51,746 nucleotides of DNA from Eubacteriales bacterium. GTDB taxonomy: Bacteria > Bacillota > Clostridia > Oscillospirales > CAG-272. Location of the stretch: NCBI GenBank assembly GCA_045594865.1, contig JAZNZI010000134.1:1-51746 (forward strand), in the 5' to 3' direction. The notes under the pieces are model-generated. The model was given only the letters and a program-made list of their open reading frames with translations, searched no databases and was not told where the DNA came from. The position numbers and the translations under genes are program-made. How positions within the stretch are numbered: position 1 is the stretch's first letter; every line of letters starts with the position of its first letter. This document shows, piece after piece, positions 32,794-41,165 of the stretch.

Positions 32794-34618
32794 AACAGTA
32801 TACCATCCAATCCGCAGTAAACACTACCGCCAGCATAATAAACAGAAGCATCAGCGGATCATACTGACCGTCAGTCTTCTCATAGGTCTGCTCACCCGTA
32901 AGAGAGAAGTCGATGCCTACCTCGGCAGGATCGCTCTCGGAGGTGGGTGCGGCAGAGTAGATCTGATAGGTCTTCTGATCGCCCGAAACCGTGAACACAA
33001 GAGTATAGGTGCCAACCTTGTCAAGAGAAAGCACGCCTACGTCCGTAGAGGTATCGATATAGCTCTCCGCTCCGTTCGGAGATGTCACCTTGACGCTGTC
33101 GATATTTGCCGTAATATTTATATTCACGTCCTCGCCGCAGAGGTAGTCCGAGCGGTCTACGAGAGCGGGACAGGAATATTCAAGAAGATTTGAAACAAGG
33201 GGGGTAAAGTCGGTGGAAAGCGTAATATCCGACTTATGGAAGTCGAAAGCAAACACTACCTCTCTGTTTCCAAGGGCGTTGACACCCGCCAACAGCATAG
33301 GGTTAGAGTCGTAGGAGAACAGCGTGGTGAACTGGGTGTACATTCCGCTGTACTTCACGTATTCAGAGATATAAATATCTCTGCCGACCACTCCCGAAAG
33401 CAACCTGCGCGCCTGAGTCGCGGTCGACGTGGATTTTACAAGCTCGCCTGGCTCCTCAAGCTCGTTGACGCCTCTGACACCGAAGCCCGAGTTATCCACG
33501 CTCTCGGAGGAGTTGATTAGCCAGACCGCCGCATCAGGCAACTGATCAGGAGTAAAGGAATGGAATACGTAAAGTCCGTATCCGCCTTGTTCCTGATATT
33601 CCTCGGGGGTGAGAGTATCCACGACAGAGTCGGTCAGCGCGTCGAACACCGCCTCAAGGAAGAAGGGTGTCTCGCTGACGATAAGAATGCTGTAGGATTC
33701 TTCGCTATTGGTGTTATAGCTGATAATCTCGTTATCTGCCGCAAGATCATCCTTATCTGTGATTGCAAGGCGGAAGGAATCGTAGCTGTTTACCTTACAG
33801 GTAAGCTCCACGGGAGCGCTCTCGCCCGCGGCAAGTGTGACGGTGGTTTTCTTAGCCGCCTTATCACTTCCGTTGATATAAAGCTCGACAGTAAGAGTTG
33901 CGTCAGAGGTATAGGAGGTGACCGTACCGCCTGCATAAAGTGTACCGTCGGTAAGATTGCCCCATACGTCGCTTATACCGTAATTTACCACATTTTGCGA
34001 ATCAATGTTTACAATTTCAACATTTTTGCTACTCTCGTAATCCTTATCGGTGACAAAATACACGAGAGTAGAGGTGTTCTCATCAAAGTACTTCTGCGCG
34101 GCGTCAAGAGCATCTCCGTACTCGCAGCTGCCGTCGCTGCACTGAAGGTCGGAGAGCAGATCTATCGCCACGTCCTTATCCGACAGGCGCTCGTAGACCA
34201 CGTCGGTGTCACCACCCACGGATATAAGGGTATAGGTACTGCCAAGGCGGGCGGACTCGATAGCATCCTCTATGTAATCCTTACCCTTATCAAAGCAGGT
34301 CTTGCCGCCGTTTACCGTATTCATACTTCCCGAGCCGTCGAGAATAAAGCAATACTCGCTTGCCGAATCAGGAACGATGAACATAGGACGGGCTATGGCA
34401 AGAGAGGCGAAAATAACCGTCAGGATCTGCAGAATAAGGCTGATAATGCCAGTAAGACCGCTGAGTGGATTTCTCCTCTTGAAGAATTTTTCACTTAATA
34501 TCCACAGATACGTGGACGGAACCGTCTGTTCGTTATACTTACTCCTCAGAATGTAGATGAGGATAAGCAGCGGAACGCCGATAAGACCAAGCAGGCCGAG
34601 GGGATATAAGAAGCTCAT
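32771..34618 (-). CDS. BatA-type vWA domain membrane protein
   Basis: N-terminus MSFLYPLGLLGLIGVPLLILIYILR...STYLW (aerotolerance BatA N-terminal pattern). MIDAS motif in CFILDGSGSM. C-terminal TM helix. It overlaps the next gene by 23 nt. Confidence 0.8.
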   Translation of the reverse strand: MSFLYPLGLLGLIGVPLLILIYILRSKYNEQTVPSTYLWILSEKFFKRRNPLSGLTGIISLILQILTVIFASLAIARPMFIVPDSASEYCFILDGSGSMNTVNGGKTCFDKGKDYIEDAIESARLGSTYTLISVGGDTDVVYERLSDKDVAIDLLSDLQCSDGSCEYGDALDAAQKYFDENTSTLVYFVTDKDYESSKNVEIVNIDSQNVVNYGISDVWGNLTDGTLYAGGTVTSYTSDATLTVELYINGSDKAAKKTTVTLAAGESAPVELTCKVNSYDSFRLAITDKDDLAADNEIISYNTNSEESYSILIVSETPFFLEAVFDALTDSVVDTLTPEEYQEQGGYGLYVFHSFTPDQLPDAAVWLINSSESVDNSGFGVRGVNELEEPGELVKSTSTATQARRLLSGVVGRDIYISEYVKYSGMYTQFTTLFSYDSNPMLLAGVNALGNREVVFAFDFHKSDITLSTDFTPLVSNLLEYSCPALVDRSDYLCGEDVNINITANIDSVKVTSPNGAESYIDTSTDVGVLSLDKVGTYTLVFTVSGDQKTYQIYSAAPTSESDPAEVGIDFSLTGEQTYEKTDGQYDPLMLLFIMLAVVFTADWMVYCYEKYQLR

Positions 34619-35499
34619 TTCACTACCCCCATATCAGCGAATTTCTCAAAGAACAGCTCGGGCAGATCCACATACGCGGGCGCAAGAAGATATGAACCGC
34701 CGCGGCTCTCACAGTAGAGCCTTATTCTGTCGGTCACGTATTTCAGAGCGTCCTTGTATGCGCGCACCACGTCCTGATCTATCTTCTTACGGAAGAACTT
34801 TGACTGATCCTCCGAGTCGAAAAGGTGCATTTTGCCGCGCAGCTGCGGATTAAGCTCCTCGCGGGCGAGAACCTGGACGCAGAGAATATCCCTTTTCTGC
34901 TCTGCAAGGCGGTCGATTGCCGCCTCAAAATTCTCGTCGGTGAGGAAATCCGAAATTATTATTGAATAGCCATCGCCTCTACCCACGGCAGAGGGAGCTA
35001 TCGCCTCGCTTATCTTTGAGTCGGAATCAAATTCGAGCTCGTTAAGCCTGTTAATACAGTTGAGATAAGAGTCCTTGCCCACCATACCTACCACGATCTC
35101 CTCAAGAGATGAGCCTCGGATAGCGTATATGGACACCTTATCCATCTCACATACCGAGAGGTAGGCGAACGCGGCGGCAAGCTTGATGGCAAAAACAGCC
35201 TTCTCGTCGCTGCCGTGATCCATGGATCGACTGGCATCAATATAAATTCTGGTATGCATCTGTCTCTCGTCGAAATAAAGCTTCTCATAAAGCTTATCGA
35301 ACCTTGCATAAGCATTCCAATCTATCTTGGTGACGTCGTCGCCGGGCATATAATCTCGGTAATCTGCAAATTCACAGGATGAGCCCAGATTTTTGCTTCG
35401 GCGGTTGCCGCCAAACATTCCGGCCACATTGTTTTTGAGTAGCGTCCCCAACTGCTCAAGCTGGCTGAGGAAGGACTCGTCGATTACCACTTTTTTCAT
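34615..35499 (-). CDS. DUF58 domain protein
   Basis: FADYRDYMPGDDVTKIDWNAYAR... followed by a degenerate vWA-like IYIDASRSM. This is the canonical partner encoded downstream of MoxR. Confidence 0.85.
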   Translation of the reverse strand: MKKVVIDESFLSQLEQLGTLLKNNVAGMFGGNRRSKNLGSSCEFADYRDYMPGDDVTKIDWNAYARFDKLYEKLYFDERQMHTRIYIDASRSMDHGSDEKAVFAIKLAAAFAYLSVCEMDKVSIYAIRGSSLEEIVVGMVGKDSYLNCINRLNELEFDSDSKISEAIAPSAVGRGDGYSIIISDFLTDENFEAAIDRLAEQKRDILCVQVLAREELNPQLRGKMHLFDSEDQSKFFRKKIDQDVVRAYKDALKYVTDRIRLYCESRGGSYLLAPAYVDLPELFFEKFADMGVVK

Positions 35500-35502
35500 T
35501 TA

Positions 35503-36504
35503 TTAACCCTTTTTAGTTTCCTTAACGATCAGTCCGATTACATGGTCAACGGTAAGTTTGTCGTTGATGGCGGTGTAGTTGATCTTGATTCTGTGTCTGA
35601 GAATAGGATACGCAAGAGCCTCGATATCCTCATAGGAAACGTTGTATCTGCCATCCATAAGTGCGCGTACCTTCGCGCAAGTGACAAGTCCCTGCGCAGC
35701 TCTGGGGGATGCGCCGTATTTAAGATACTTCTTTGCGGATGGAGTAGAGGTCTCAGATGCGGGATGAGTGCCCGAAACAATGTTTACTGCATAGTAAAGC
35801 ACCTCGTCACAGATCGGAACCTGAGAGGCAAGCGCTCTCATCTCGAGAATATCCTCGCCTGTGACGACCGCCTCGGCAGTCTCCTCCATAGTCTTCTGTG
35901 TCATCTTAACGATGCCCACAAGCTCGTCATTTGTGGGATAATCCACGATAAGCTTGAACATAAATCTGTCCAGCTGCGCCTCGGGAAGAGGATACGTACC
36001 GTCCTGCTCGATGGGGTTCTCGGTAGCGAGGACGAAGAAGGGCTCGTCAAGCTTATATGTATCATTACCAACAGTCACCTTATGCTCCTGCATTACCTCA
36101 AGCATAGCAGACTGTGTCTTGGGAGTAGCACGGTTGATCTCGTCAGCGAGAACGAGGTTTGCAAAGATCGGTCCACGGCGGAACTTGGTTTGCAGTCTGC
36201 CGTTCTCGTCCTTTTCAACGATATTCGCACCCGTCACGTCGGAGGGCATAAGGTCGGGGGTGAACTGGATACGGGAGAAGGGCAAGGAAAGCACCCTGCC
36301 GAGAGAGCGGACAAGACGTGTCTTACCAACCCCGGGCACACCCTCGAGCAGCACGTTTCCGCCCGCAACGATAGCTGTGATAACTCCGTCAATAATCGCC
36401 GCCTGACCTACCACGTCCTTGGCAAGCTCGGTCTTTATCTTAGCGATCTTCTCGCTGAACATCTTAACCTTTTCGGTATTTATTTCTGTAATCATCTGTG
36501 ACAT
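35503..36504 (-). CDS. MoxR family AAA+ ATPase
   Basis: Walker A GVPGVGKT, Walker B LADEINR, and ATENPIEQDGTYPLPEAQLDRF. Start at MSQMITE (ATG at 36504); the ORF-track start at 36549 overlaps the upstream gene. Confidence 0.9.
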   Translation of the reverse strand: MSQMITEINTEKVKMFSEKIAKIKTELAKDVVGQAAIIDGVITAIVAGGNVLLEGVPGVGKTRLVRSLGRVLSLPFSRIQFTPDLMPSDVTGANIVEKDENGRLQTKFRRGPIFANLVLADEINRATPKTQSAMLEVMQEHKVTVGNDTYKLDEPFFVLATENPIEQDGTYPLPEAQLDRFMFKLIVDYPTNDELVGIVKMTQKTMEETAEAVVTGEDILEMRALASQVPICDEVLYYAVNIVSGTHPASETSTPSAKKYLKYGASPRAAQGLVTCAKVRALMDGRYNVSYEDIEALAYPILRHRIKINYTAINDKLTVDHVIGLIVKETKKG

Positions 36505-36505
36505 T

Positions 36506-37999
36506 TTAGTTTCCTTCCTTTTTCTCGACACCCTTATAAAGCAGGTCAAAATATTTTCTTATGGCTTCCTTCTGCTCCTCCGTGTAAGAGTCGCCCTCAA
36601 GCCTCTCGTTCATTATTGCGTTGTATTTATCAAGCAGCTCGCCGTATTTTATGGGCTGTCCCGTAATGGGATCAAGCACGATATCGTCGCTGCCGTAGGT
36701 TGCGCCCGTACCAAGACCGCCTTCGTGGTTGCCGCCGCCTTCTTCCTTATCACTGCTTCCGTAGCTGCCGTCGGGGCGCTCGCCCGTTCTGACAAACTCG
36801 GGGCGCTCAAACTCGGGAACAGGAACGAGAAACAGACTTGCAAGTCTCGTCATCGTGTACTCGCCCGTAGCGGCGTTGATTCTGTTAAGCGAAATAGCAT
36901 CGAAGAGCGACTGACTGTTTAAAGTAAGGCTTTGATTCAGCGCCTCTCTGGCGGTCGTGTCATCGTGATAGTCGATGGTTGCAAGGATCAGCGAAAGTCC
37001 GCCCGGATTTCCGTTGAAGAGCTTATCAATAGCCGCGCAAAGCTCATCCTCGGTATCAAGCTGCAAAATATCAAGAGATATCTTCATACTGTCAAGAGCG
37101 CGCTTCAGCGACGCCTTGCCGACGAGGGCATTCTCGTCCTCGCTTGTATCACCCATAAGCACCATCGAATACTCGGTAAGGCTCTCTGCAAAGTCGCCCC
37201 AATCGGGCATCGACCAGGAGCTTGCATCAAGTGTAACGGCAAGATGCTTGAGATATACGTTATTACTGTCCCAAAGGGAGTCAAGCGTTTCGGTCGCGGT
37301 GGACGAAGCGTATGTAATATCGCAGATGACCGCCATGCTCTTTGCGAGAGCTGCACGCATATCAGGAACAGTGTTGATGTTTTCAAGCTGGGAGAGCAGA
37401 TCCCGCAGCTCGTCGGCTATTGGAGCACGGAACTCCTCCTCCATCTTTGAGGACTCAACGTATCTTATCAGCTCGTTAAGACCTGCTCTCTGCATATCCG
37501 AAAGCTCAAACACCTCTATCTCCTCAGGCGGAACGAAGTCACGCATATCGGGAACGATAAAGCCCGCCACAAGAACGGCGGCGCAGGCTGCAAGCACGGT
37601 GATATATATGGGTAAGCCTTTGAATTTATAGGATTTTACAGAAACTGCCGACAGCTTTTCCTCGGCATCCTCTCTCTGAAGAGCAACAAGCTCTCCCTCC
37701 TCGCCCTGATAGGCTATCATAGTCTGAACTCTCGCCTTCAGCCCGAATTCACGGTCAAGCTCCTCGGCAAGCGATTTATCCGACCTTCCTCCAAAGAGAA
37801 AGAGAACACCGCCCACGACAAGAGCAAGTCCCAATCCTATAAAAAGAGAGGATATAGGCTCAAAATCTATAACGGCAAGCTTTGTCAGGATGAGCCACAC
37901 GCCTGCCGCCAGAAGTCCGACAGAGCTACCGACTATCCCGGCGCGAATTGTGCGTATCACGCAAAGCCGTCTTTTGAATTTTAAGAAATTTCCACTCAT
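36506..37999 (-). CDS. Membrane protein of unknown function (first gene of the MoxR/vWA operon)
   Basis: 497 aa. It has two N-terminal TM helices plus a third near aa 130 (GLPIYITVLAACAAVLVAGFIV) and the motif LAEELDREFGLKARVQTMIAY. I do not recognise the family with confidence. Confidence 0.7.
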   Translation of the reverse strand: MSGNFLKFKRRLCVIRTIRAGIVGSSVGLLAAGVWLILTKLAVIDFEPISSLFIGLGLALVVGGVLFLFGGRSDKSLAEELDREFGLKARVQTMIAYQGEEGELVALQREDAEEKLSAVSVKSYKFKGLPIYITVLAACAAVLVAGFIVPDMRDFVPPEEIEVFELSDMQRAGLNELIRYVESSKMEEEFRAPIADELRDLLSQLENINTVPDMRAALAKSMAVICDITYASSTATETLDSLWDSNNVYLKHLAVTLDASSWSMPDWGDFAESLTEYSMVLMGDTSEDENALVGKASLKRALDSMKISLDILQLDTEDELCAAIDKLFNGNPGGLSLILATIDYHDDTTAREALNQSLTLNSQSLFDAISLNRINAATGEYTMTRLASLFLVPVPEFERPEFVRTGERPDGSYGSSDKEEGGGNHEGGLGTGATYGSDDIVLDPITGQPIKYGELLDKYNAIMNERLEGDSYTEEQKEAIRKYFDLLYKGVEKKEGN

Positions 38000-38029
38000 A
38001 GTTAGTCCTTTCTAATAAACAATATTATA

Positions 38030-38059
38030 ATTATAGCACAACGGCTTTTGTGTTGTCAA
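38030..38059 (-). promoter_or_regulatory. Sigma-A type promoter for the MoxR/vWA operon
   Basis: On the minus strand TTGACA, an 18-nt spacer, then TATAAT. Confidence 0.5.
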
Positions 38060-38148
38060 TAATTATTTTATTTTCGCGAAAATATGAATAAATTGTTTCG
38101 GGCGGCGGGAGATGTGCCGATAATTTTACATTTTCCGCTATTTCCCTA

Positions 38149-38177
38149 TTGACAAGAGCCTTAACGAGTGATATAAT
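38149..38177 (+). promoter_or_regulatory. Consensus sigma-A promoter for the Y-family polymerase gene
   Basis: TTGACA (38149-38154), a 17-nt spacer, then TATAAT (38172-38177). Confidence 0.7.
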
Positions 38178-38184
38178 TTAATCG

Positions 38185-38198
38185 CGAACTCTTGTTCG
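38185..38198 (+). promoter_or_regulatory. LexA operator (Cheo/SOS box)
   Basis: CGAACTCTTGTTCG fits the Firmicutes CGAAC-N4-GTTCG consensus and lies 8 nt downstream of the -10. Confidence 0.75.
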
Positions 38199-38222
38199 CC
38201 AAAATGCGTAACGGAGGTAAAA

Positions 38223-39719
38223 ATGAAAGAGCAATATATCGCTATAGATCTGAAATCCTTTTACGCCTCCGTTGAGTGCATTGAGCGAGGGCTCGACCCG
38301 CTTACCACAAATCTTGTGGTAGCGGACGGCGCGAGGACTGAAAAGACCATCTGCCTCGCCGTATCGCCAAGCCTGAAAAGCTACGGTGTGCCGGGCAGAC
38401 CACGGCTGTTCGAGGTGGTTTCCAAAATAAAAGAGGTCAACCGACTGCGCAGATGGGCTTCGCCTGCAAGGCAGCTTATCGGTGCGACCTACGATAACCG
38501 ACTGCTTATCGAAGATGGGCGGTTGGCAGTGGATTATATCGTTGCCCCGCCACGAATGGCGTTGTACATTGAATACAGCACCAGGATATATCAGGTATAT
38601 TTAAAGTATTTTTCGCCCGATGATATCCACGTCTACTCTATCGACGAGGTGTTTATAGACGCGACGCACTACCTGAAGACCTACAAAAAAACGGCAAGAG
38701 AGCTTGCCGAGGTGGTTATAAGGGACGTGCTTAACACCACGGGAATTACCGCCACGGTGGGAATCGGCACAAATATGTATCTCTGCAAGGTGGCTATGGA
38801 CATAGTTGCCAAGCGGATGAAGCCCGACGAGCATGGCGCGCGAATTGCCGAGCTTGACGAGATGAGCTACCGCCGCATACTCTGGGAGCATCGGCCGCTG
38901 ACCGATTTCTGGCGGGTTGGACGAGGATATGCGAAAAAACTGGAATCCCACGGCATCTATACTATGGGTGACGTGGCGCTTACCTCGGTGCAAAACGAGG
39001 GGCTGCTGTACAAGCTTTTCGGCATAAATGCCGAGCTGCTGATAGATCACGCGTGGGGCTGGGAATGCTGTACCATAGCAGATATCAAGGCATACAAGCC
39101 TATGTCCCGAAGTCTGTCCTCGGGGCAGGTGCTGCACTCACCGTACGCCGTCAAGACCGCGAGGCTGGTGCTTCGGGAGATGTGCGACGCGCTGGTGCTT
39201 GATATGGTAGATAAAGGAATTGCCACAAATCAGGCTGTGCTGACGGTGGGATACGACGTGGAAAGCCTCAGTATCCCCGGGATGACCTACCGCGGAGATA
39301 TAACCCGCGATCATTACGGCAGAGAGGTGCCGAAGCACGCCCACGGAACAGTGAATTTCAATCGACACACCTCCTCTACCGAGGAGATAACAGACGGAAT
39401 TCTCGACCTTTATGACAGGATAGTAAACCCTGCCCTGCTGATACGCCGGCTGAATATCGGGGTGAATAATCTGGCGAGCGAGTCCGTGAGAAAGAGCGAG
39501 GGGAGAGCGGAGCAGATGAACTTTTTCACCGATTACACCGACGCGGACAAAAAAGCGAGGGAAGCCGAGGAAAACTACGCCAAGGAAAAGCAGAGACAGA
39601 GCGCGGTGATAGCCATAAGAAAGAAGTTCGGCGGAAACTCCATAATACGAGGAATGAGCCTTGAAGACGGAGCTACGGCTATCGACAGAAATATGCAGAT
39701 CGGCGGTCATAAGGCGTGA
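38223..39719 (+). CDS. Y-family (translesion) DNA polymerase, UvrX/YqjW-like
   Basis: MKEQYIAIDLKSFYASVECIERGLDP...SIDEVFID..., which is the UmuC/ImpB-type palm pattern. 498 aa. Confidence 0.9.
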   Translation: MKEQYIAIDLKSFYASVECIERGLDPLTTNLVVADGARTEKTICLAVSPSLKSYGVPGRPRLFEVVSKIKEVNRLRRWASPARQLIGATYDNRLLIEDGRLAVDYIVAPPRMALYIEYSTRIYQVYLKYFSPDDIHVYSIDEVFIDATHYLKTYKKTARELAEVVIRDVLNTTGITATVGIGTNMYLCKVAMDIVAKRMKPDEHGARIAELDEMSYRRILWEHRPLTDFWRVGRGYAKKLESHGIYTMGDVALTSVQNEGLLYKLFGINAELLIDHAWGWECCTIADIKAYKPMSRSLSSGQVLHSPYAVKTARLVLREMCDALVLDMVDKGIATNQAVLTVGYDVESLSIPGMTYRGDITRDHYGREVPKHAHGTVNFNRHTSSTEEITDGILDLYDRIVNPALLIRRLNIGVNNLASESVRKSEGRAEQMNFFTDYTDADKKAREAEENYAKEKQRQSAVIAIRKKFGGNSIIRGMSLEDGATAIDRNMQIGGHKA

Positions 39720-39722
39720 TGG

Positions 39723-39812
39723 AAATGCAAAATGCAGAATGCAAAATGCAAAACCTGAGCAGCGGTTTATTAGTGCTAACACAGCGCGGCTGCTCGGTGC
39801 ATTTTTGCATTT
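39723..39812. repeat. Octamer tandem repeat plus long composite hairpin between the polymerase and YolD genes
   Basis: AAATGCAAAATGCAGAATGCAAAATGCAAAA (39723-39753). GAGCAGC (39757-63) pairs with GCTGCTC (39789-95), and AAATGCAAAA pairs with TTTTGCATTT (about 39803-39812). Confidence 0.7.
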
Positions 39813-39875
39813 ACAAAAAAATGCTTGATGCATTGCAACAAATTAAGTGCAAAATTAAGGTAAATTTGATTTAAA

Positions 39876-40289
39876 ATGAACGAAAAATACGAGAAGATAA
39901 TAGATATGCCGCACCACGTATCGCTAACGCGGGAACCGATGCCGAGGTATGACAGAGCGGCTCAGTTTGCTCCCTACTCTGCCCTATCGGGATATGAGGA
40001 GGCGGTGGAGGAGACGGCAAGGCTGACCGACAGGCGAATAGAGCTTGACGAATACGAAAAGGAAAAAATAAATTCCACCCTGACCGACCTGATGCACTCC
40101 GAGGAGGTTCGGACGGTTTCTATTACCTATTTTCGCCCCGATGAGTACAAATCCGGGGGCGCGTATATCACCGTACGCGGAGAGCTGTGTCGCATCGACG
40201 AGCACATGAGGACAATTACCTTAGTGGGGGGATATACCATTCCTCTCGATAGCATAATTGATATCAGGCTTCACGGAGTCTCATCTTAA
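39876..40289 (+). CDS. YolD-like protein
   Basis: 137 aa. MPRYDRAAQFAPYSALSGYEE is typical of YolD-like proteins encoded next to Y-family polymerases in Firmicutes. Confidence 0.75.
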   Translation: MNEKYEKIIDMPHHVSLTREPMPRYDRAAQFAPYSALSGYEEAVEETARLTDRRIELDEYEKEKINSTLTDLMHSEEVRTVSITYFRPDEYKSGGAYITVRGELCRIDEHMRTITLVGGYTIPLDSIIDIRLHGVSS

Positions 40290-40340
40290 GAAACGAGGCA
40301 AAAACAAGGTATATGACAAGTTTAGTTTGCATTATTTGAC

Positions 40341-40381
40341 AAAAAAACAGCGAGACGGTATTATCCGCCTCGCTGCTTTTG
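40341..40381. terminator. Bidirectional terminator between convergent operons
   Basis: CAGCGAG-(14 nt)-CTCGCTG flanked by AAAAAAA and CTTTTGTG. Confidence 0.6.
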
Positions 40382-40409
40382 TGCTTTGTTATATGTATGT
40401 TTTTTAAGC

Positions 40410-41153
40410 TTAGAACGAGCCGCCGCCCACATTGCGAGAGCCTCCCGAGCTTCTTCCCGAGCCTGAGGAGCTGCTCTTCTGTCTCGCTGTTCTGTTGACG
40501 GTTCTATAAAGAAACAGATCTGCCGACTTGCTGATATTCATACTACCCGCCCTTACGTATTCGTGGGCAGTATAGCGTTTTCTCACAGATTTAAGCTGTG
40601 CCTTAAGAACAAGAGCCACAATAACGCCTACCACAGCACCGATTATCAACGCAGGAATCAAATGATCAACAAGGTCAAATCTGTAATAGCTGTCACATTC
40701 ATCAGCAAACTCAAGAAACGCCTCCGCATAATCGCCGTCGGAAAGAAATGAAACGATAGAATCGGATATCTCGTCAATAGCGCTCGGGGTGATCACGTCA
40801 GCCGCGGAGCCGTTGCTCAATATACGATACTGTCTGTTCGACATAGACACAAGCAGAAGAATTCCGTCGCGGGTTGCGCCGTATCCAAGATCCATACTGT
40901 CATAAAAGTAGTTTACGTAAGCATCGGCGCTTTTACCGTCGGTAGAATCGATCGTAGCCACAACCACCTGGACCCCGTTCGCATGGCTTATATCGCGAAG
41001 GAGATCGGCAAGCTCGCTCTCCTCAAAGGAGCTGAGCAGATTTGCCTGATCGTAAACAAAGCTCTCCTCGCCCATCTCAGCGGCAAGGCTGCCAACCGAC
41101 AGTCCCACAAACAAAGCGAGGGCAAAAATTATCGCTATAATACGTTTAGTCAT
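40410..41153 (-). CDS. TPM domain membrane protein (YdjH-like)
   Basis: Signal peptide, then a TPM-like core (VYDQANLLSSFEESELADLLRDISHANGVQVVVATIDS), a TM helix and a Gly/Ser-rich tail. Confidence 0.75.
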   Translation of the reverse strand: MTKRIIAIIFALALFVGLSVGSLAAEMGEESFVYDQANLLSSFEESELADLLRDISHANGVQVVVATIDSTDGKSADAYVNYFYDSMDLGYGATRDGILLLVSMSNRQYRILSNGSAADVITPSAIDEISDSIVSFLSDGDYAEAFLEFADECDSYYRFDLVDHLIPALIIGAVVGVIVALVLKAQLKSVRKRYTAHEYVRAGSMNISKSADLFLYRTVNRTARQKSSSSGSGRSSGGSRNVGGGSF

Positions 41154-41165
41154 TTCCGCACCTCC

